Origin: Erysipelotrichaceae bacterium
GTDB lineage: Bacteria > Bacillota_I > Bacilli_A > Erysipelotrichales > Erysipelotrichaceae
NCBI GenBank assembly: GCA_017445225.1
Contig: JAFSUN010000004.1
Span: forward strand, 3,280-67,279
Direction of reading: 5' to 3'
Length of the DNA stretch: 64,000 nt
The translations under genes and the position numbers were made by a program. The notes beneath the pieces were generated by a model. It worked only from the letters and a program-made list of their open reading frames with translations. It ran no database searches and was not told the origin of the DNA. How positions within the stretch are numbered: the stretch's first letter is position 1; each line of letters starts with the position of its first letter. Positions 57,026 through 64,000 of this stretch are shown piece by piece.

Positions 57026-59356
57026 CTAGTTTTCCCTGCGGACTTCAAAGCGCAACTGGACCGGTGCCAGATCCCCGGCCTTAACGGTCAGGATGGCCTC
57101 CCCGGTTTCGCCGGTCGTCTTCAGATAGGTACCGGTCATGCCGCCTTCAGCGGTAACGAATCCCGGGCCGACCAGTTCAACCGGGCCGCGGCACTCGAAG
57201 CTTACCGGCAGCTGAGCATAGACGGCGACGGTATCATTTTCATCGAGGATCCGGACTCTGATGGCCGCCATGTCATAGGTCTCCCCTTCCGTCAGCACGG
57301 CGGTATTGGCCTTTGCCTCCAGATGGAGCCGGCAGTTGGGCTTCAGGGTCTTGCTGGCAACGACTTCGCCGTTCTTGACGGCATCATAACGCCATACCGT
57401 GGCTTCCCCGCCCCAGTTGCCGACATACTTGCCATACAGAGCAACCCCATCGCTGTACTTGAGATGATATCTCAGCATCGCATAGCCCATCTTGGCGGTA
57501 TCCTTAAGCGGCATGCTGGAGATGCCGTGGACGGCTGCCGACTTCAGGCAGTCATGCAGGAGTTTTTCCTTGTTGCCGGTGAAACCCTCGTTGGTCTTAA
57601 GCAGTTCACCGATGGTATCGTCGATCAGTAACGGTCCGTGCTTCATGGCCTTGAATTCACTCTGAGAGAATTCCGCTACGAAGTCATTGTTCTTATAGAG
57701 TCTGACGCTGTCAGCGTTGGTAAAGGCATAGACCTTGGATAACATGCCGCCCGGATAGTCACCGATGTCCATCGAGGAACCGATCTCCAGAACCGGGGTC
57801 TCATCCTGCTGGCTGGCGTAAACGCTGGCGGCCAGCTTCGGATTGCGGAAGCCGTCCATGACACCATGGTAACAGACCCTGTCACCGGAACCGAAGTCCT
57901 TGTGGGTGGCATAGTCGAACATGCACCACTGATAGCTGCCGACATGCTCGCCATCGGCCATCGCATCATTCATGACCCGGGCATGCCTCAGGGCGTGCTC
58001 CTGTCTCTTTTCAATGTAGTCGAAGGACTTGGTCGGGAACATGTGGCCGTTGCTTTCGGTTATCAGCAAAGGCTTCTTCTCCTTGGTGACCTTGTTCTTC
58101 TTCTTGACTCCCGGCGTCTTGCCGTTATGGGAGAAATCGTTATAGGTATAGACATCTTCGAGCAGATGGCTGTTTTCAATGTAGCGGACACCGCCGGTAG
58201 CCCGGGAAGGATCCAGGGTATGGGCAATGTCGTTGGTCTGGCGGTAGAACTCGTCATCATCCTGGCTCTCGTTGATGCGGACGCCCCAGAGATAGATGCT
58301 CGGATGGTTGCGGTACTGCATGACCATCTCGCGGGTATTCTCCATGGCCTGCTGTTTCCAGGCATCGTTGCCGATGTGCTGCCAGCCCGGGATCTCGGTA
58401 AAGACCAGCAGTCCCAGATGGTCGCAGGCTCTGATGAAGGCCTTGGATTGCGGGTAATGGGAAGTACGGACGGAGTTGCAGCCGAGCTCTTCTTTCAGGA
58501 TCCGGGCGTCTTCCACCTGCAGGGAGTCGGAAACGGCATAGCCCAGATACGGGTAGCACTGATGGCGGTTGAGGCCGCGGATGAAGTACTTGCTGCCGTT
58601 GAGCAGGAATTCATTTTCTCTGAATTCCACGGTCCGGAAGCCGAATTCCTCTTCCCGTACGCTCTTGCCGACAGTCGCCCGGCAGCGGTAGATGACCGGA
58701 GACTCGGGACTCCAGGGTCTGACATCTTCAAACTTCAGGCGGATCTCATCATCCTTTCCGATATATCTCTTGATGACGTTGTCCTCGCTGTCGAGGATCT
58801 CGATCTTCTTTTCCACCTTGTGCTGATAGGGATCGACGCTGACCTTGATGACGGCCTCATCCAGCTGTGGCGTATAGATGAACAGATCATCGATGTAGGT
58901 CTTCTCTCTGATGTCCAGCCAGACCGGACGGTAGATGCCGCCATAGGTGAGATAGTCAATGACGAAACCGAACGGCGGTACTTCGCCGTTTTCGGTGGTA
59001 TCCAGCCGGACGGCCAGAACGTGATCCTGACCGCGCTTTACGTAATCAGTCAGCTCGGCTTCAAAGGCGGTATAGCCGCATTTATGGGTTACCAGTTCAT
59101 GACCGTCGAGGTAGACGGTGGCGATGTGGCCGGCACCTTCAAAGTGAACGAATACCCGTTTGTAAGCCAGGCTTTCGGTGATGTTGATGATGGTGCGATA
59201 ACCGCAGATCATCTGGTATGACTTGTCATCAACGTAATGATAAGGCACTTCCTTTACCGTATGCGGCAGGCGTACGGTGGGAAAGACGCCTTCATTGCGC
59301 ATGAACGCTTCTGTCCAGTTTTCGGTAAACTGCCAGTTATTGTTTAATCCTGTCAT
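57026..59356 (-). CDS. Glycoside hydrolase family 2 protein (beta-galactosidase/beta-glucuronidase-like)
   Basis: Sugar-binding N-domain, NSVRTSHYP and WGVRINES (acid/base region). 776 aa. Confidence 0.8.
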   Translation of the reverse strand: MTGLNNNWQFTENWTEAFMRNEGVFPTVRLPHTVKEVPYHYVDDKSYQMICGYRTIINITESLAYKRVFVHFEGAGHIATVYLDGHELVTHKCGYTAFEAELTDYVKRGQDHVLAVRLDTTENGEVPPFGFVIDYLTYGGIYRPVWLDIREKTYIDDLFIYTPQLDEAVIKVSVDPYQHKVEKKIEILDSEDNVIKRYIGKDDEIRLKFEDVRPWSPESPVIYRCRATVGKSVREEEFGFRTVEFRENEFLLNGSKYFIRGLNRHQCYPYLGYAVSDSLQVEDARILKEELGCNSVRTSHYPQSKAFIRACDHLGLLVFTEIPGWQHIGNDAWKQQAMENTREMVMQYRNHPSIYLWGVRINESQDDDEFYRQTNDIAHTLDPSRATGGVRYIENSHLLEDVYTYNDFSHNGKTPGVKKKNKVTKEKKPLLITESNGHMFPTKSFDYIEKRQEHALRHARVMNDAMADGEHVGSYQWCMFDYATHKDFGSGDRVCYHGVMDGFRNPKLAASVYASQQDETPVLEIGSSMDIGDYPGGMLSKVYAFTNADSVRLYKNNDFVAEFSQSEFKAMKHGPLLIDDTIGELLKTNEGFTGNKEKLLHDCLKSAAVHGISSMPLKDTAKMGYAMLRYHLKYSDGVALYGKYVGNWGGEATVWRYDAVKNGEVVASKTLKPNCRLHLEAKANTAVLTEGETYDMAAIRVRILDENDTVAVYAQLPVSFECRGPVELVGPGFVTAEGGMTGTYLKTTGETGEAILTVKAGDLAPVQLRFEVRREN

Positions 59357-59499
59357 TATCGATCCCCTCCTGTCAGGTCATTATTATTCAGATAAAAACA
59401 ACTGTCTTATTCCAACCTTCATTATAGCAAACTGTTCCCCCGTTAGAAACACCATAACCGCCATTTGCCAAAGAAAAAAGGCTTGCGCCTTTCCTGTTT

Positions 59500-60420
59500 C
59501 TATAATACCAGCTGGAACTCTTCCGGATTGAAGCGCGGGCAGACATTTTCCTTGGTCGCGATGACCGCCGAAGCCAGTCTGGTGCCGATTACACACGACT
59601 CCCGGAGGGTTTTTCCATAGGTTAGACCTACTGCCACCCCGGCAAAGAAGCTGTCGCCGGCACCGGTCGTATCGATGACATCGACCTTCTGCGGGGGTAC
59701 AAAGCCATGATCACCGGTATTATCGGCATAGACCGCTCCCCTGTCACCCAGGGTGACGACCAGTTTTTCCAGCTGAGCCAGCCGGACCTTCTGAGCCACC
59801 TTTTCGCTCATTTCTTCCACGCTGATGTCGCCGAATTCCTCTGAGAACAGCATTTCCGCTTCCTGATCGTTGCAGACGAGACAGCCGGACTGCCTGATGA
59901 GATCTCTTCTCTCCATGGCCAGCGACATGTTGGAGACCACGGAATAGACCTTCTTGCCGTGTCTGGCCGCAAAGCCAAAGATCTTGTTAAGCAGTTCGGG
60001 TTCCATGTCGATCTCCACGACGACACTGTCGCAGCTGCCGATGATCTCATCCCCGAATTCATCGAGCACCTTGCCGACGGCATCGAGATTGGGACGCTTG
60101 GAGATGGAAGCCACCACGTCACCGTTATTGTCAAAGACGGCCAGCCAGGTTCCCAGACCGTCTTCCGTGCGGACGATGTATCTGGTCTCGACCCCATGGC
60201 GCTTCAGTTTGTTTATGACATCGGTACTGATGCCGCTGTTGTCCAGCACCGTAACAAAGGCCGGTTTCAGGCCGATGTTGCCGATGTCCTCAACGACATT
60301 GCGGGACACCCCGCCGTGCACCTGAACGATGCGGCCGACATTACGGCCGGCCGGGATGTACTGACTGTCAGGATATCCCTTCACATCAACAAACGTAGCT
60401 CCGAAAACAACGATTCCCAT
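59500..60420 (-). CDS. PfkB-family carbohydrate/nucleoside kinase
   Basis: C-terminal DTTGAGDSF motif. 306 aa from the ATG at 60420, which follows GGGGGTGAG. Confidence 0.8.
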   Translation of the reverse strand: MGIVVFGATFVDVKGYPDSQYIPAGRNVGRIVQVHGGVSRNVVEDIGNIGLKPAFVTVLDNSGISTDVINKLKRHGVETRYIVRTEDGLGTWLAVFDNNGDVVASISKRPNLDAVGKVLDEFGDEIIGSCDSVVVEIDMEPELLNKIFGFAARHGKKVYSVVSNMSLAMERRDLIRQSGCLVCNDQEAEMLFSEEFGDISVEEMSEKVAQKVRLAQLEKLVVTLGDRGAVYADNTGDHGFVPPQKVDVIDTTGAGDSFFAGVAVGLTYGKTLRESCVIGTRLASAVIATKENVCPRFNPEEFQLVL

Positions 60421-60506
60421 GGTACTCACCCCCATCGATAGGAATATCATACACTAAAACATCAGTGACAGAAACAAAAAAAGTCCGTTTACGGACTTTT
60501 TGACGG

Positions 60507-60579
<73 letters not shown>

Positions 60580-60645
60580 GTGCCTAATAATAATACTCCA
60601 GCAGGTTCTCTGTTGTCAAACATAGTTTTTCAATATTGCACATAT

Positions 60646-61164
60646 TTATTTGCCGAAAACCAGTTTTCGCAACTGTCTGATGGCCTTATTCCAGTCATCT
60701 TCGCTCAACAGACCGTTATGGGAGAGGATCTCATAGTAAACGTTCATGTAGCTGTAGTAGACATGACACTCCTCAAAGCCGTTGGCCAGATAGAAGTTCT
60801 TCCTGTTCACCCGTTCCTGGTAGTTGTCAGCTTCCGGCAGGATCCTTTCGATGTCGACGGCGATCCGGTAATCCCGGTACTGCTGCAGGATCATCTGCAG
60901 GATCTCGGTTCCATAGCCCTTCTTACGGTAGCGCGGGGCTACGCAGAAGTATCCCAGATAGGCCATGTCATCCTTCAGAAAGACATAGCTCATGCCGATC
61001 AGCCGCTCATCCAGATAGTAGCCATGCATGATGTTTTCTTCGCTGATCCCCCTTCTGAGCATGAAGAAAGGAATTCTTTCCGCCGAAGGGAAAGCTCCAT
61101 CATACATTCGGCCGATCGCCTTGAGATCGGCATCTTCTCTGGTTATGATCCTGTCTTTCAGCAT
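60646..61164 (-). CDS. GNAT-family N-acetyltransferase
   Basis: YRKKGYGTEIL acetyl-CoA motif (R-x-x-G-x-G). 172 aa from the ATG at 61164, 2 nt after the upstream stop. Confidence 0.75.
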   Translation of the reverse strand: MLKDRIITREDADLKAIGRMYDGAFPSAERIPFFMLRRGISEENIMHGYYLDERLIGMSYVFLKDDMAYLGYFCVAPRYRKKGYGTEILQMILQQYRDYRIAVDIERILPEADNYQERVNRKNFYLANGFEECHVYYSYMNVYYEILSHNGLLSEDDWNKAIRQLRKLVFGK

Positions 61165-61166
61165 AA

Positions 61167-61727
61167 TTAACTCAACACCTTGTAAACCAGACACAGGACC
61201 GCCACGGCCATAAACATGACGGGCATGTAGAGATACCACCTGCCGCCCTTATTAAAACCATAGAAGTCTTCCCACTGCTTCCGGTAGACGACCTTATACC
61301 AGTACAGACAGCCGTAGACAGCTACCGGGATGACTCCCAGCAGAGCCGTACTGATGTCTATTTTTCTTCTTTCAAACACCAGAAAGGAGATGATCGCCAG
61401 TAACGGCGTCACCAGATGCATGAACAGTTCCCTTCCGCTCAACAGCGCTTTTAAGGAACCGGTAGTCGGCGCCAGAAACAGAAAGACCGTCAGCATCGTC
61501 ACGGTCAGACTCACCGTCCCTAGGTACTTAAGGGTCCAGGACAGCTGTGATTGGGGCCAGATGACAATGCCTAAGGCAGCCAGGGCACAGAAGACGTTGG
61601 AGATGACGGTAAAGAACTGAAAGAACCATTTCAGATAAGCCGTCGTCCACTTTCCTTCATGGCGGAAAAAGGTTATGAAGATGATCAGGGTAATGATGAA
61701 TATCAGCAAGTTCATGAACAGTTCCAT
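61167..61727 (-). CDS. Hypothetical integral membrane protein (about 6 TM)
   Basis: 186 aa with hydrophobic helices throughout. I recognise no family. Confidence 0.6.
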   Translation of the reverse strand: MELFMNLLIFIITLIIFITFFRHEGKWTTAYLKWFFQFFTVISNVFCALAALGIVIWPQSQLSWTLKYLGTVSLTVTMLTVFLFLAPTTGSLKALLSGRELFMHLVTPLLAIISFLVFERRKIDISTALLGVIPVAVYGCLYWYKVVYRKQWEDFYGFNKGGRWYLYMPVMFMAVAVLCLVYKVLS

Positions 61728-61730
61728 TTT

Positions 61731-62546
61731 TTATCTGTCTCCTTCCGGCAGCCAGGAAGCGATCGCGGAAACCGTTTCCGAGCGCTGTTGCTGCGGTGAT
61801 ATCAGCGCCTGGCCGTCACCCTTCTGAAAACCGTAACTGCCGAACTGGCAGTGATTGCCGCCGGCAATCACCAGTTCCTGACTGTCGTTTGGCCACAGCG
61901 ATTTCTTCTCTTCGTAGACCTTCAGCTCCAGACAGCCATCCTCGCTGCCGTAGATGGATAACAGCCGCAGGTCATCAGGCAGCTTCCTGGTTGAATAACT
62001 CGCCAGCAAGATCAGCCCGGCCAGCTTTTCCGGGTTCTTGGCCGCATACAGGGCTGCGGCCGAGCCGCCCAGGGAATGGCCCATCAGATACCATTGGGGA
62101 TAATCGTAACCGGCCATGATCTTATCCGCTGAACTGACGCCCAGGACGGCCATCCTTAACGGCATCCTCACCAGAAAACAGTCGGCTCCTTGTTCAGCCA
62201 GTTCAAACAGCAGCGGTGCATAGGCTTCCTCAGCCACCTTGCCGCCCGGATAGAAGATGATGGCTTTATCGGTACCGGGGCCGTCAAAAAAATAACCGCT
62301 GGCGACTTTGGAAACCCTGACGCCGTCATGGCTCACCAGATAATCACCGGCGGACGGATCAGCGTGATAGTAAATCTGAAAGTACCCGAACGTGCCCACC
62401 GCCATCAGCAATCCGGAGACCGCCACGATCAGCAGGGCCTGCCGGCTGCGGGAGTATTCCCTTTTAGCGGTCAGAAACCTGGTGATGACGTAGCCCGCCA
62501 GAATGGTAACGGCCAGAAAGGCCAGGGAGATAAATACATATTTCAC
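61731..62546 (-). CDS. Alpha/beta hydrolase with an N-terminal membrane anchor
   Basis: GHSLGG nucleophile elbow. 271 aa, GTG start. Confidence 0.75.
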   Translation of the reverse strand: MKYVFISLAFLAVTILAGYVITRFLTAKREYSRSRQALLIVAVSGLLMAVGTFGYFQIYYHADPSAGDYLVSHDGVRVSKVASGYFFDGPGTDKAIIFYPGGKVAEEAYAPLLFELAEQGADCFLVRMPLRMAVLGVSSADKIMAGYDYPQWYLMGHSLGGSAAALYAAKNPEKLAGLILLASYSTRKLPDDLRLLSIYGSEDGCLELKVYEEKKSLWPNDSQELVIAGGNHCQFGSYGFQKGDGQALISPQQQRSETVSAIASWLPEGDR

Positions 62547-62650
62547 TGCTAATACCCCTTCTCTTTTTCAGCAGTCAGTCGACAGAAACGATGATTTCAG
62601 GAGTTTTCTGGATTGACGCTAGTTTCCACCTTTCCATGGTTCTCCTGTCA

Positions 62651-62992
62651 TTACCTCAATATCTTTTCCATTTTCCGGCCCTTGGCCAGTTCGTCTACCA
62701 GCTTGTCGAGCCAGCGGATCTTCTGCAGAAGCGGATCTTCGATTTCCTCGACCCGGACGCCGCAGACCGTTCCCGTTATCAGTTCCGCCCGGGGATTGAT
62801 CGCCGGAGCCTGCTCAAAGAACTGCCGGCAGGTAGCCTCAGGATCCCAGACTTCCGGCTGATAACCGGTCAGCCAGCTGATTATCTCATCAACTTCCTGC
62901 CTGGTCCTTCCCTTGCGCTCAGCTTTCTGGACCAGCAGCGGATAGACCCGGCTGAACTTCATGTCAAAAATACTCTGTCTCATCTTCTTCAC
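62651..62992 (-). CDS. DUF2200-like small protein
   Basis: FSRVYPLLVQKAERKGRTRQEVDEIISWLTGY resembles the DUF2200 family as I remember it. The start (GTG 62992 or ATG 62983) is ambiguous. Confidence 0.6.
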   Translation of the reverse strand: MKKMRQSIFDMKFSRVYPLLVQKAERKGRTRQEVDEIISWLTGYQPEVWDPEATCRQFFEQAPAINPRAELITGTVCGVRVEEIEDPLLQKIRWLDKLVDELAKGRKMEKILR

Positions 62993-63741
62993 TTTTCCTT
63001 CGCCAGCAGTTTTAGAAAGCGGGCTTCATTCATCTGCTCATTGGTCACATATTCGCCATCAAGAAACAGGGCGTAAGTCGTAACCGGTGTCGGAGCATTC
63101 TGGGCTGTCTTACGGTCGGTAATGTGAATGGCCTTAAAGGCCACTCCTTCTCTTTCAGCCGTCGTCTGTAAGACCGGCACGTAACGGGCATTGAACGGAC
63201 ACTGGCTGGTATAGTAGAGCACATAGCCTTTCTCTTTGATGTGCGGATGTCTGGCGCATTCCCTGAAGCGGGGCTTTTCCGCGGATGGGAAGAACGGCAG
63301 ATACCACAGCTGAATGCCGTTATCCGCTTCATCAGCGACTTCAAATCCTTCGTGCTTCAGAAACTTCGGATCGGCCAGAAATGGCTTCTTCTTCTCCGAG
63401 GAGAGAATGCACAGGCCATGCTTTCCCTGAGCCTTACTGTCGGCGATGCAGGCTTCCAGCAGATCGCCGCCATAACCATGGCCCTTTAGGGAGCCCGCGA
63501 CCCACAGGCAGTCGATGTACATGTAACCGGCGGCCTCGATGGGATTCCAGGCGTTTTCAGCTGGCAGGTATTCGATGAAACACTTGCCCCTCTCCGTACT
63601 CTTCAGAAAGACCAGGCCTTCCGAAAAGCGGTCCTTCAGCCAGGCTTTCTTGGAAGCGACCTGAACATCCCGGTCATTGGAAATGGCACAGCAGATGTGC
63701 TCCTTGTCAATGTTATCCGCTGTTACTCTGATGTATTCCAT
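62989..63741 (-). CDS. GNAT acetyltransferase with a YoaP-like C-terminal domain
   Basis: GNAT core (..LKGHGYGGDLL..) followed by ..YYTSQCPFNARYVP... 250 aa. Confidence 0.65.
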   Translation of the reverse strand: MEYIRVTADNIDKEHICCAISNDRDVQVASKKAWLKDRFSEGLVFLKSTERGKCFIEYLPAENAWNPIEAAGYMYIDCLWVAGSLKGHGYGGDLLEACIADSKAQGKHGLCILSSEKKKPFLADPKFLKHEGFEVADEADNGIQLWYLPFFPSAEKPRFRECARHPHIKEKGYVLYYTSQCPFNARYVPVLQTTAEREGVAFKAIHITDRKTAQNAPTPVTTYALFLDGEYVTNEQMNEARFLKLLAKEK

Positions 63742-63743
63742 TT

Positions 63744-64000
63744 CTAAGCCTTTCTGATCGGGTGTCTGATCACCGTCTTCATTTTCTCCGGTGCCGTCTT
63801 GCGGGCATCGGTCAGATAGATCTCATGATGTCTTCTTTCATCAGACAGATCATTTACGTAGCCGTTATCCTTCAGATACTGGTCCATCAGGGCGACGGTA
63901 GCCGGCTCATCGTCATAGGGCCCGATGTGCAGGCACTGGACGCACAGCCCCTCTTCGACCGTCAGAAATTCCACCTTGGAGAAATCCTGCTTCTTCTTGC
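63744..64000 (-). CDS. GyrI-like small-molecule-binding domain protein (C-terminal part; the gene runs off the window)
   Basis: ..CLHIGPYDDEPATVALMDQYLKDNGY...HHEIYLTD. The ORF is open to the window edge. Confidence 0.6.
   Translation of the reverse strand, partial: KKKQDFSKVEFLTVEEGLCVQCLHIGPYDDEPATVALMDQYLKDNGYVNDLSDERRHHEIYLTDARKTAPEKMKTVIRHPIRKA

Overview
This is a 64-kb chromosomal window from a Gram-positive (Bacillota-type) genome. It holds about 50 protein genes, nearly all on the minus strand and tightly packed, with many start/stop overlaps. Most are housekeeping genes: leuS behind a Leu (CUC) T-box leader, coaX plus an ECF S-component, uvrB, maf, an S41 protease, ftsE-ftsX-M23 (PcsB-like), LemA/DUF2207, pepC, dxs, galM, secG-smpB-ppiB, eno, a fused pgk-tpiA, and a GH2 / GH36-like / PfkB sugar cluster. 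RNA genes are tmRNA (ssrA), tRNA-Pro(CGG) and tRNA-Ala(GGC). A preQ1-I riboswitch precedes queT. I found no rRNA, CRISPR array, intact IS or prophage. Seven things are worth a second look. (1) A single-gene A+T-rich island (32573-35026) encodes an 817-aa protein with nine zinc-ribbon modules flanking a DUF559/Vsr-like nuclease core. (2) An effector-less STAND (NB-ARC-like P-loop + TPR) NTPase lies 18 nt upstream of an ABC-F ATPase (40582-45381), a candidate two-gene sensor/effector pair. (3) An A+T-rich accessory island between ppiB and eno (about 46740-49299) carries IS remnants, a YD/RHS-repeat stub, two paralogous CPWCG mini-proteins and an unknown 192-aa protein, and looks like a decayed polymorphic-toxin/immunity locus. 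(4) A 1886-aa wall-anchored S8 protease has internal dockerin-like and cohesin-like modules and an SPxTG sorting signal. (5) A MarR domain is fused to a radical-SAM activase. (6) An unannotated 42-aa lipoprotein gene is coupled to DUF2207. (7) A cluster of G5 motifs and hairpins ends in an orphan terminator. All functional calls rest on motifs read by eye; no database search was run.
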